Shown here one piece after another: positions 9,994 through 19,418 of a DNA stretch of 64,000 nucleotides. The stretch is from assembly GCA_965216875.1 (NCBI GenBank), contig OZ244207.1:5216001-5280000 (forward strand), in the 5' to 3' direction. The translations under genes were made by a program, and so were the position numbers. The DNA comes from Rubripirellula sp. Its GTDB lineage: Bacteria; Planctomycetota; Planctomycetia; Pirellulales; Pirellulaceae. The notes under the pieces are model-generated. The model did not search any database. It was given only the letters and a program-made list of their open reading frames with translations, and was not told the DNA's origin. The stretch's first letter is position 1, and every line of letters begins with the position of its first letter.

Positions 9994-11217
9994 CTAGCTC
10001 TTGAACGGACGCGCTTCGCCTGACAACCTCGTGAGCATCGCAGAGAGTTGCGTCGAGAGTTGCTCCATCAACGGATCGGCTTGCCCTCGAGGCGCACGTT
10101 CGGTTGGAACCTTGATCGCCTCGTCAAACTCAATCACAACCTTCAGCGGCACCGAAACGTCTGCCTTGCCGTACAGCGTCTCCTGCATCCGCTGGATCGT
10201 TTCGACAATCCTTGTGTCGGTCACTTCATCGGGAAGCAGGTAACAGTCAGGGTACGAAAGTAATTCTTGAGCCAAATCGGCGGCAATCACATCGTTGCGT
10301 AACCGTGTCGTCTCGCCAGAGTCTTTGGAAGCACCACCATCGAAATAGCGTTTTACAACTTCCGACCGAATCGAACGCACGCGAGCGCGGATATCGGGAT
10401 CAGAAGGGTCCATTGTTAGTCGGTCCTCGGTGCGCTCGAGCAGATGCTCGATCAAACCATCGCGTCGCTCAGGAAGCTCTCCAGAACGTGAGCTACCAAA
10501 GTACTGGACTTCTTTAAGCGACAACAATGCTTCGGCCAAACAAACGGTTCGCTGCAGCAACGACTGGTCGGTAGGCCTGTGCCACCCAAGGCTTTTTTCA
10601 ATGCGCGTCAGCTGCTGATCAATCCACGGCGAGACATCGTCGTCAACGCACAAGTATTTCATGCCAACAGGATGCACCACTACATTGCCGCCATCATTCT
10701 TGCTTCGCTTGCGCGCTGCCGAACGGGCAATGAAGGCGACGCCATCAAGCAACGGCTTCAAAACATCGTTGGTTCGGTTGGTAGTCCCTTCAGGAAACAA
10801 AATCAACGGGCGCGTTGCGTTGACCAAGATATCGATTGCCGTTTCCAGGCTTTGCCGATCGCTCCCTTCGCGGTTAATACTGAAGCCGCCCATTTTTTGA
10901 ATGGCAAAGCTATCAAACCACCCCTCATTGAACAGATGCCAGGATGCCATCGCGAAGACATGCGTCCCGGCCTCCCGAGCGGGCCACCCGAGCGCAAGCG
11001 GATCGGCATAGCGACAATGATTCGGGGCCAAGAGAATGCCATCACCTCGGTCGAGCGAATCACGCAGTCGATCCAAGTGGCGACATTCGCGTCCCACCAC
11101 GCCTTCTTTGGACTTGAGGTGTCGATCAACCAGGCGAAACGTTTGAATGAACGACGGCCACAGGTTTCCCCGATGCGCCGGCACAAACTCGTAGGGTCGT
11201 TCAAAAACGACAGTCAT
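9994..11217 (-). CDS. PlsC-family acyltransferase
   Basis: NHCRYADP (HxxxxD) and FPEGT motifs. Start taken at MTVVF. Confidence 0.85.
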   Translation of the reverse strand: MTVVFERPYEFVPAHRGNLWPSFIQTFRLVDRHLKSKEGVVGRECRHLDRLRDSLDRGDGILLAPNHCRYADPLALGWPAREAGTHVFAMASWHLFNEGWFDSFAIQKMGGFSINREGSDRQSLETAIDILVNATRPLILFPEGTTNRTNDVLKPLLDGVAFIARSAARKRSKNDGGNVVVHPVGMKYLCVDDDVSPWIDQQLTRIEKSLGWHRPTDQSLLQRTVCLAEALLSLKEVQYFGSSRSGELPERRDGLIEHLLERTEDRLTMDPSDPDIRARVRSIRSEVVKRYFDGGASKDSGETTRLRNDVIAADLAQELLSYPDCYLLPDEVTDTRIVETIQRMQETLYGKADVSVPLKVVIEFDEAIKVPTERAPRGQADPLMEQLSTQLSAMLTRLSGEARPFKS

Positions 11218-11293
11218 CGAAACTCTCTTATGGGGCCAGTAGGGGCAATTTCCGAAAGGATCCCAACACCCCAAAGACGCGCCGAGGGAGAGA

Positions 11294-12841
11294 TCAGCTT
11301 CCGGTCACACGTGCCAGGAAGAAACCTAGCGCGACGGCGACAATGAATAGAGCGAGGATCAACGCGCCTAGCAACATCGGGTCGATTCCCTTTTTCTGTT
11401 GCCGTGACGACCGCGACTTGCGAGAGCCATAGATGTCGGATTCGTCGCCGATTTGCACATCGGATTGGCTCGACGAATCAGGACGTGCTGCCACCGGCCC
11501 CTCTTTTGCCCGCGCAGCAGGATCAGCGCTGGCGCGATAGCCCGATTCCAATTGCAGGTCTAAGAAGCTGCCTTCAATCAAATCGGGCCGTTGTTTGATG
11601 TCGACAAGTCGGCCACTGTCGCTCGCGCTCAAGCCTTTACCACGGACTAACTCTCGCTTGCTTGTCAGCGTGTCGTCATTCTTGTTGGTCACCGTGTCGC
11701 CCGGGACAGACGAGCGATCACCTTCATCGAGAGAGATGGACGACGAACCGTCGTCTACCTCAAAATCCGGCGACGCGCCCAATCCGGAGGTCACCTTTTG
11801 TCCCTTGGGCACTGCATTGACAAACTTCTCCATCACCTCAGCAACATCTTTTGCTGTTTGGTAACGGTAGGCCGGGTCCTTTTGGATCATCTTGACACAG
11901 ATGCCTTCAAGTTCGCCTGGACAATCGGGACGCAATTGTCGAATGGGCGTTGGCATCTCCGTTTGATGCTTGGCGATCCGCTGTGCCAACGTCCCGTCGC
12001 TGAACGGTGGCTTGCCTGTCAACAAAAAGTAAAGCGTGCAACCGAGGCCATAGATGTCGGCTCGATGATCCACCGTATGGCTGTTGAGTGCCTGCTCGGG
12101 CGCCAGATAGTCGGCGGTGCCCAAAACGTTTTCGTTGTTCGCAACGGTCAGCGATTCTTCATCGTCAGAATTGACGAGAGCTAACCCCATATCGAGCAAG
12201 CGGACAATGTTGTCTTGATCAATCAGCAGATTGGCCGGTTTCACATCACGATGAATCACGCCCTTGCTGTGAGCATGTTCCAAACCGCGAGCCGCTTGGC
12301 CAATCACTTCGGCCGCGGTTGAACAATCGAGCGCTCCGTCTCGCTTGACGAGCATCTGCAAATCGAGACCGTCGACATACTCCATCACGATGTAGTGAAC
12401 ATCGCCTTCATTATCGATGTCGTACGCCAAGACAATGTTGGGATGGTTGAGTGTCGCGATCGCTTTGGCTTCGAGCTGGAAGCGAGCCAAATAGGTTGCA
12501 TCATCGACACGCTTTTTGGGAAGCACCTTGATCGCCCGGCGGTCACCCATCTTGGTGTGCTGGGCCAGGTAAACACTGCTCATGCCGCCAGTGCCGATGT
12601 GCCCAAGCAACTTGTACTTGCCCAGGAAGAAGCCCTTGTATTTTCCGGTCAGCAACTTTTCGATGTGCCAATCGGTCAACAAATCTTCGCGTTTGAACAA
12701 CGCGGCGAGTTTCTTGGGCGAGGTGGGCAGGCCGTCGTACTTCGCACGGATCTTCTCCACCAAGCGATCTTGAGCCTTGGCGTCGACGAGGCCGCTTTTT
12801 GCGACCATATCGAGAAATCGTTCCGAAGTGAGCTGCGACAT
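11294..12841 (-). CDS. Hanks-type Ser/Thr protein kinase with C-terminal TM anchor
   Basis: GTGGMSSVY, AIKVL, HRDVKPANLL, DMG, GTADYLAPEQ, DIYGLG. Hydrophobic C-terminal helix. Confidence 0.93.
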   Translation of the reverse strand: MSQLTSERFLDMVAKSGLVDAKAQDRLVEKIRAKYDGLPTSPKKLAALFKREDLLTDWHIEKLLTGKYKGFFLGKYKLLGHIGTGGMSSVYLAQHTKMGDRRAIKVLPKKRVDDATYLARFQLEAKAIATLNHPNIVLAYDIDNEGDVHYIVMEYVDGLDLQMLVKRDGALDCSTAAEVIGQAARGLEHAHSKGVIHRDVKPANLLIDQDNIVRLLDMGLALVNSDDEESLTVANNENVLGTADYLAPEQALNSHTVDHRADIYGLGCTLYFLLTGKPPFSDGTLAQRIAKHQTEMPTPIRQLRPDCPGELEGICVKMIQKDPAYRYQTAKDVAEVMEKFVNAVPKGQKVTSGLGASPDFEVDDGSSSISLDEGDRSSVPGDTVTNKNDDTLTSKRELVRGKGLSASDSGRLVDIKQRPDLIEGSFLDLQLESGYRASADPAARAKEGPVAARPDSSSQSDVQIGDESDIYGSRKSRSSRQQKKGIDPMLLGALILALFIVAVALGFFLARVTGS

Positions 12842-13085
12842 GGGCTGCCGGCCGTGACCCCATGGAGAATGTGGTGGTGGTGTGAGAAGATAACAGGTTT
12901 GTAACGGGTGGTTAACCGTTCGGTCCACAATCGACGATTTTCGGACTTGGGACCGAACCGGTAGGGCACTACCCGAATTGGCGCATTTCCCATCAACTTC
13001 CCGTCACGGCTCCCTAATTTAATCGGGATCCTTTTGGTCGCGACGGGATTCATGCCCCCGAACACGCTGTCTTCTGCCTAGCTCC

Positions 13086-13976
13086 TTGAATTCGCCCTCC
13101 AATTCCCCCCAATCCGATTCTTCGGACGCCCCAACGCCCCCGAAAAGCCGCCATGTCCTGGGGCTAATGACCAAATTCTGGGATCCGGGCAGGGTCAAAA
13201 CTCGCCTCGGTGAGTCCATTGGAATGGGTCAATCCGCGCTCCTGCACCAAGCTTTCACGACCCATCTTTGCCGGCAACTCCATGCGGCAGGCGATGCTCG
13301 GGAAATCTGCTTCGCGCCCGATTCGGGCCAGCAAGCCTTCGAGGCCTGGCTGACGCAACTCGCAATCCGCCAAGGACCAGGACGAGAAAGCGAATCGGAC
13401 CAACGCGGCTGGGGACTGTGGCCTCAAGGAAAGGGGGATTTGGGAGAGCGAATGTCACGCTGGTTTCGCCGGCACTTGGTTGCCCCCAATGCCGACGATG
13501 CAATCGAAGCCAAAAATGCAATCAACACGCCAACCGATGTGCTCCGTGAAGGAAATGACGTCCCCGCCCCCAATGCGACACCTGACCAAGCGGTGCGAGC
13601 CGTGCTGATCGGCGCCGACCTACCGACGCTAGGCGAATCCGTGATCGCGGATGCCTTCGCCAAACTCGCCGATCACGACGTCGTGCTCGGCCCGGCCGCC
13701 GATGGCGGGTACTACCTGATCGGGTTGGCTGGCCCCTGGACGCAGCCATTGGAGACTCTGTTTCGAGACATCCCCTGGAGCGAGAGTGAAGTCTTCGCGA
13801 CCACCTGCGACAGAATCACTCACGCCAACCTTTCGCTTGCCATCTTGCCGATCGCAGAAGATATCGACACGATCACGGAACTCGAGCATCTGATCTCGAA
13901 ACTGGGCCAAAAGGCCTCCTCGGGCGACGAGACCGCGGCAAGTCTGCTCGGTCAGATCAATCACGTGATCGAATGA
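13086..13976 (+). CDS. DUF2064 / TIGR04282-type CofC-like glycosyltransferase
   Basis: K..PGRVKTRL, QGKGDLGERM, LIGADLP, VVLGPAADGGYYLIGL, DIPWS, DIDT. Confidence 0.85.
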   Translation: MNSPSNSPQSDSSDAPTPPKSRHVLGLMTKFWDPGRVKTRLGESIGMGQSALLHQAFTTHLCRQLHAAGDAREICFAPDSGQQAFEAWLTQLAIRQGPGRESESDQRGWGLWPQGKGDLGERMSRWFRRHLVAPNADDAIEAKNAINTPTDVLREGNDVPAPNATPDQAVRAVLIGADLPTLGESVIADAFAKLADHDVVLGPAADGGYYLIGLAGPWTQPLETLFRDIPWSESEVFATTCDRITHANLSLAILPIAEDIDTITELEHLISKLGQKASSGDETAASLLGQINHVIE

Positions 13977-15178
13977 TCTCGACACGCCAACCTTCATCAC
14001 CGACGACGAAACCACCAACCATCTTGAGCGATCGAATCCTAATCATCGGCGGCGGTGCCATCGGTCTTTCCACCGCGTGGGAACTCGCGCGTCGTGGATG
14101 CGCCGTCACTCTGCTCGAACGCAATCAAAGTGTTGGCCGCGCAACGTCATGGTCAGCCGCTGGGATTCTGCCGCCAGCCAATTTCGAGACCGCAACGGAC
14201 CCCATCGATCGACTCCGCGGGCTTAGTCACAACCTCTTTCCCGAGTGGGTCGCCAACCTACAAGCGACCACTGGAATCGACCCAGGACTACGGCGATGTG
14301 GTGGTTGGTACCTTGCGAACACGCCTGGCGAAAAAGCCAGCATGATTGGCATGACCGACTATTGGCAAAGTCTCGAAATCGAATGCCAACCCATTTCAAG
14401 TGACGAACTTGCCAAGCAAGAACCGGCGTTATCAAACGCCATCGTCGAAACGGCGGCGGCCTGGTGGGTGCCCGACGAATACCAATTGCGATGCCCCGAT
14501 CATCTCAAAGCGCTCGAGACGGCGTGTCAGATCGCAGGCGTAGAAATCAAAACTGACGCCAAAGTCACGGACTTGCGTTGGAACGCCGACTCGGTCTCGG
14601 CCCAGTGCGATGACGTCTGGCTCGACGCGGACCATGTTGTGGTTTGTGGCGGCGCATGGACGGGATTGGTTGCCGATGAGCTTGGTCTCGAATCGAGTCT
14701 GATTCCCGTTCGCGGACAAATCATGCTCTTTCAAACCGACACGCCTCTTCTTCGTGGCATCGTCAACGTTGGGCATCGGTATGTTTTGTGCCGCGACGAT
14801 GGCAACACACTGGTTGGGTCGTGCGAGGAAGAAGTCGGCTTCCAACTTGGCACAACCGAAGTAATGCTAGAGACTCTGCGACAGTTTGCGGTCGAGTTGG
14901 TACCTGAACTCGAAGGGGCCACGATCGCCAAGTCATGGTCAGGACTGCGACCGTTGACCTTTGATGGCTTCCCGATGATCGGTCCGATCCCGCAGTGCAA
15001 CCGTGTGCACATCGCAGCAGGTCATTTTCGAAGTGGCATCCATTTATCGCCTGCGACCGCAACCGTGATCGCCGACAACATCCTGGGCGTTCCCCCCAAA
15101 GTCGACCTCGACCCGTTCCGCGTCGGCAAGCAACAACATCAACCCATCACACAACCAAACTCTTTTTCCAACCTATGA
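13973..15178 (+). CDS. Glycine oxidase ThiO-like FAD-dependent oxidoreductase
   Basis: GGGAIG, SWSAAGIL, PVRGQI, WSGLRP, GHFRSGIHLSP. Confidence 0.8.
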   Translation: MISTRQPSSPTTKPPTILSDRILIIGGGAIGLSTAWELARRGCAVTLLERNQSVGRATSWSAAGILPPANFETATDPIDRLRGLSHNLFPEWVANLQATTGIDPGLRRCGGWYLANTPGEKASMIGMTDYWQSLEIECQPISSDELAKQEPALSNAIVETAAAWWVPDEYQLRCPDHLKALETACQIAGVEIKTDAKVTDLRWNADSVSAQCDDVWLDADHVVVCGGAWTGLVADELGLESSLIPVRGQIMLFQTDTPLLRGIVNVGHRYVLCRDDGNTLVGSCEEEVGFQLGTTEVMLETLRQFAVELVPELEGATIAKSWSGLRPLTFDGFPMIGPIPQCNRVHIAAGHFRSGIHLSPATATVIADNILGVPPKVDLDPFRVGKQQHQPITQPNSFSNL

Positions 15179-15846
15179 GCGAGATCACTTACGAGGACGA
15201 CCTAACGCTTGACCCACCAGGTTCGATTGCAATCATCGGCGCCGGTCCACTTGGCATCGAAGCAGCACTTTACGGCCGGTTCCTCGGGTACGACATCACC
15301 CTCTTTGAAGCGAATGAGATTGCAAATTCTCTGCAAGCTCGACGCGACGAGCCGCTGCCGATGCTACCCGACCGCGTCCTTTCTCCACTCGCGCTTTCGG
15401 CGCTGGCGGCCCAAATCGAATCGGATCAACTCACCCTACCGACAACGTGCGGCGAATGGATCGACAAGGCGCTCGTGCCGCTGACGGAAACCGATCTACT
15501 CGCAGGCCGTGTTCGCGTTCCCGATGAAGTGACCTCCATCACCACGGTCCCCATCGAACTGGAAGAGGGCGACGAAGAAGAAGACGTCGCAGACATTCCA
15601 GCCGACTTTCAGTTGTCATCGACCCAGGGCGAAGCATCAACCTTCGAAGCGGTCATCGTCGCGACGGGAACAGCTGATGTCGACCTCGACTTTTCGCTCC
15701 CCACGCCCTACTTCTTCCGCATCGGCAGCACGGAACTTGAGTCGGAAGAGGAGACGCTCGATGCAGGCCGCAAAGCGATTGTCACCCTCTTTGCAACCCT
15801 CGCGGGCCGCAAAGACCTCGATCTGTATCGCCCTAGACGCGGCTAA
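15175..15846 (+). CDS. Short FAD/NAD(P)-binding Rossmann-fold protein
   Basis: IAIIGAGPLGIEAA and VIVATG. ATGA overlap at 15175. Confidence 0.65.
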   Translation: MSEITYEDDLTLDPPGSIAIIGAGPLGIEAALYGRFLGYDITLFEANEIANSLQARRDEPLPMLPDRVLSPLALSALAAQIESDQLTLPTTCGEWIDKALVPLTETDLLAGRVRVPDEVTSITTVPIELEEGDEEEDVADIPADFQLSSTQGEASTFEAVIVATGTADVDLDFSLPTPYFFRIGSTELESEEETLDAGRKAIVTLFATLAGRKDLDLYRPRRG

Positions 15847-15860
15847 GTCTTCGCTGCTCG

Positions 15861-16940
15861 CTATTCCACCTTCAGCGGAATCTGCACGTTGAAGGTGCGA
15901 ACACGTTCTTTGTTGGTGGCGGCGGCACAACTGAGCGCCACCGGCTTGCCATCCACCACAAGGATTTGAGGTCGCTCGAGTGCGGACATCTTTTCAATGC
16001 CACCCTCTTCCCAATTGATTTGCAGCGTCGAAACCAATGGCGACTTGGCACGCTTCCAATCAAGTCCATCGGTTGACTCGAACAACGCCATCGAAACTCC
16101 GGCGCCGGTAAAGTAACCGCGCATGTCTTTGACGATCGCCCAGTACCGATCGTCGCCTCGCCAAATATAAGGGTCTTCGGCGGCAAAGTTTTGACCGGGA
16201 ACGGTGAATGCTTCCTTGTACGTTTTCTTGAACGGGCCGGTGGGACTGTCGGCAATCGCGACGAGATGCGAGACGGGCCCACCAAACGGAAGTGGCTTCT
16301 CTTTTCCGACGCACTTGTAGACCATCAACACACCACCATCTGGTCGAAACGCGACCGATGGATTCGAAACGCAAAGCGAGTCCGGCTTTTCGGCGTCAAC
16401 GCTGATGTCGATCACCGGCTGATCAAATCGCTTCCAAGGGCCGCTAGGAGAATCTGCCACAGCGACGCCGATCCGCTGCAGGTTTCGGTGTTCCCAATTG
16501 AGAGGTGTCTCGACGACGTTGTTGCCGCGATTGCCCATGTAGTAGAGGTAGTACTTCTTACCGCGTTTCAAAACGGTCGGGTTGTGCGTACAGGATCCAT
16601 CCCAAAACTCTCCGCCTCGAGCTGGCAACGCGACATCAACGTGCTTCCATGGTCCCGTCGGCGAATCGCTGACGGCATGAGCGATTTCGGAGTGCGTGAC
16701 CCACGCCCAGTGACTGAGTTTTCGTGGCCAGCGCGAGTAGAACATGTGGTACTTGCCGTCGTCCCCTTTCACCGGCGCACCACCCCAAATCTCATATTCG
16801 TCATCGATGAATTTTGCCGTCGCAGGCACCGGCTGCATCATCTTAGAAAAGTCGTACTCAATGGATTGAGCAGCAACTTCGGAGCTCGGCGTACCAAGGG
16901 AAGCAAAAAGCAGGACGGCGGCAAAAAGTAGTCGTATCAC
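15861..16940 (-). CDS. Secreted five-bladed propeller glycoside hydrolase (GH43/GH117-like)
   Basis: Signal peptide; YHMFYSRW, HNPTV, YYLYY, ADSPSGPW, EDPYIW, ERPQ. Confidence 0.75.
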   Translation of the reverse strand: MIRLLFAAVLLFASLGTPSSEVAAQSIEYDFSKMMQPVPATAKFIDDEYEIWGGAPVKGDDGKYHMFYSRWPRKLSHWAWVTHSEIAHAVSDSPTGPWKHVDVALPARGGEFWDGSCTHNPTVLKRGKKYYLYYMGNRGNNVVETPLNWEHRNLQRIGVAVADSPSGPWKRFDQPVIDISVDAEKPDSLCVSNPSVAFRPDGGVLMVYKCVGKEKPLPFGGPVSHLVAIADSPTGPFKKTYKEAFTVPGQNFAAEDPYIWRGDDRYWAIVKDMRGYFTGAGVSMALFESTDGLDWKRAKSPLVSTLQINWEEGGIEKMSALERPQILVVDGKPVALSCAAATNKERVRTFNVQIPLKVE

Positions 16941-17051
16941 AGCGGAAGTTCATCGAGTGGGCGTGGAGTTTTAGATCCCGCATTGTAGATCAAATCCGCA
17001 AAACGAAAACGCGTGACGAACGAACGCGCAGTTGCTGAGTCGCGTCCGCTT

Positions 17052-17107
17052 GTAGTACCGAGCTTTGGCCGGAATCTTCAGGCCCTTCCGCCTAAAAGCG
17101 GGACTAC
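17052..17107. repeat. REP-like inverted pair (GTAGT..CGC family)
   Basis: gtagtaccgagctttggccggaa ... ttccgcctaaaagcgggactac. The first ~29 bp nearly match 971-999. Confidence 0.8.
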
Positions 17108-17113
17108 GAACGC

Positions 17114-18007
17114 CTAGGAGCTCGCACTCCGGTAGCTTAGGAGCGCCTTTTTGAAGACCCAGCGACTCGCGGCAACACTCATCACCGTTGCAACGACCGC
17201 CCAAAGCACCAACATCCATTCCCAATCCTCGCGAGGATTCAGCGGCCGAGCGATGAGCCTTGCTGGAACATTGACAACCAACAAGACAGGCACGACGAAT
17301 GTGAAGAACCCAAACAGTGGCTTCCCCCAACCGCGATTGTAAATCTCCATCGGGTAACGGCTGAAGTTGGTGATGTAAAACCAGAAGTTGTACAGGGATT
17401 GGTTGCGTCCCAACCAAATGCTTGTGGCGCTAAGGCTGATCATCAAGCTGTACATGATGGCAACGCCACAGAGCAGGAAGATGAGGTACAGCACCAACGA
17501 AAGGGCGGTGGGAACCATCGCATCGACTTCGCGGTTTGCGAGCGTGTGCAAACAGACCGCGGCGATGATCAGGCCTGCTGCAAAATTCGACAGCGCACTC
17601 CAATCGATCCGACGGAACGAGATAAGAAACTGAGTGTCGATTGGTTTGAGCAGCGCAAAATCGAGCCCACCGGTGCGAATCAGTTCGCTGAACTCTTGTG
17701 CGTTGGGCATAAAGAACGCCTGCACCATCGAGTTGATGAACCAAGTGGTCGCGATGAACAAAAAGAACTTCTCGCGGTCCCACCCGCTGTCCTGGCCGAT
17801 CGTGTTGGTGTACTGAAAGATGATCAGATAGAAGCCAACATTCATCAACGTCCAGCCGATGCTGCTAACGCATTGCATGATGAAGTTCGTTCGAAAGGTC
17901 ATGTCACGCACAATGCTGTTACGTGCGAAGGTTAAGAAAACCTTCCAATACTTGGGCCTTGCCCTCGAGCCCTGTTCGATTTGCGTTTCGTCGATCGTTG
18001 CTGACAT
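17114..18007 (-). CDS. ABC-2 (DUF990-type) transporter permease
   Basis: FRTNF, IRTGGLDFALLKPID, RYPMEIY, C-terminal YRSASS. Confidence 0.85.
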   Translation of the reverse strand: MSATIDETQIEQGSRARPKYWKVFLTFARNSIVRDMTFRTNFIMQCVSSIGWTLMNVGFYLIIFQYTNTIGQDSGWDREKFFLFIATTWFINSMVQAFFMPNAQEFSELIRTGGLDFALLKPIDTQFLISFRRIDWSALSNFAAGLIIAAVCLHTLANREVDAMVPTALSLVLYLIFLLCGVAIMYSLMISLSATSIWLGRNQSLYNFWFYITNFSRYPMEIYNRGWGKPLFGFFTFVVPVLLVVNVPARLIARPLNPREDWEWMLVLWAVVATVMSVAASRWVFKKALLSYRSASS

Positions 18008-18010
18008 CGC

Positions 18011-18910
18011 CTAGCCTCCGAATCCGCTATACCGCCGAACGCCACGGTTATAGGCGAATCGACAAACGACGATGAAGAAAAGCAACCACGCAGCTTCGAC
18101 CGCCATTTCCAAAGGCAACTCTTCCTCGGGAATCTTTTGCAAAAAGATCGCTGCCGGAAAATATGCCAAGTACTTGAACGGCAAAAAGTTGACCACCGAC
18201 TCGATGCCGTCGGGCAGCAGCGTCAGCGGAAACATATGTCCGGAGAGAAAAAAGCTGAACAACATAAAGACGAACAGCAACGACGAGACTTCGAGGAACC
18301 AGAATCCGATCATCCCAATCGCCGCTTCCAAAAAGAAGCCGATCAAAAAGCCCATGATCAACGACGCAACAAAGGCGACAAACACTTCCGGTGGTGGAAA
18401 GCCTGCGACGAAGTAGTCGCGACACAGGAAGAAGACGAGCGCAAACGGCAGTACGGCAATCGCATAGTAAGCCAACTTGTGCGCCACTCGCGTCAGCAAC
18501 AGAAACCCGATCAAATCGAGCGGTTGAATCAGATACTTTTTGATCTCGCCATCACGAATTTGCGTCGCGATGCCTGATGCCAAACCGGGCATACTCGAAA
18601 AGGCGCGGCCAATCATGGTTAACAGGTAGTACGCGACCATGTCGTTGAAGCCGAATCCACCAATCGTCTTTTCATCATTCCCGGACGATTCGATCGACTC
18701 GAAGACGGCCCACCACAAAAAGATCTGGGTCACGATCGGCAAGAAACGCATGAGAGTGCCGAGCGCAAAATCGCCTCGATACACAAGTCGCTCGCCGAGC
18801 GCGGTCTTCAGGATCATCCACCAGACCGCCATCCGCTGACGCAGACCTGTTTGGTGGATCACTGCTGGAGGATCTGTTGTCGCTGTCGACACAGTTATCT
18901 TCTGTCCCAT
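18011..18910 (-). CDS. ABC-2 (DUF990-type) transporter permease
   Basis: YRGDF, IRDGEIKKYLIQP, LSGHMFPL, LPFKY, C-terminal YSGFGG. Start uncertain. Confidence 0.85.
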   Translation of the reverse strand: MGQKITVSTATTDPPAVIHQTGLRQRMAVWWMILKTALGERLVYRGDFALGTLMRFLPIVTQIFLWWAVFESIESSGNDEKTIGGFGFNDMVAYYLLTMIGRAFSSMPGLASGIATQIRDGEIKKYLIQPLDLIGFLLLTRVAHKLAYYAIAVLPFALVFFLCRDYFVAGFPPPEVFVAFVASLIMGFLIGFFLEAAIGMIGFWFLEVSSLLFVFMLFSFFLSGHMFPLTLLPDGIESVVNFLPFKYLAYFPAAIFLQKIPEEELPLEMAVEAAWLLFFIVVCRFAYNRGVRRYSGFGG

Positions 18911-19418
18911 TCGTTCTCGCAAAACGGCGTGCCAAAACCCATGGCGGGACGCCAAGCCGAGCAAAATGTGGTTTGAGTAACAAAAAGCGCGCCTGCGACG
19001 CGACTTTCTGGAACCTGAAATCTAGCGCGTCAACGAGTTCCTGGCGAGGCGGGTAGGCATGCGCGTTTCACTCGCGTCGTGGCAATGGCGTTTCGATGCC
19101 GCTGTCCGACGTCACCTTTCCGCTGTCAGGCCACCTTGCCAGGCCACATCGAAATCTCGATTTTCGTATTGCACGCCGCTGAGACATACTGTCTGTTGTT
19201 AATGGGAAACACTGGGGATCAATTCGAGGCACAATGCGCAATTGTTGCCCACAAACGCTCCGGTCTACGTATCCTGGTACTTACGGTTCCTGACGGGAAA
19301 GCCTTCGACCTTTGGCCTATCTGAACGCAATCCAAAGCGAGCGAGGCAGTGTGAACGCAATCTCCACACATCGGTTTGTGAAGCAATTAACTCTTCTTTT
19401 CAAAGGGATAACGGGGTC

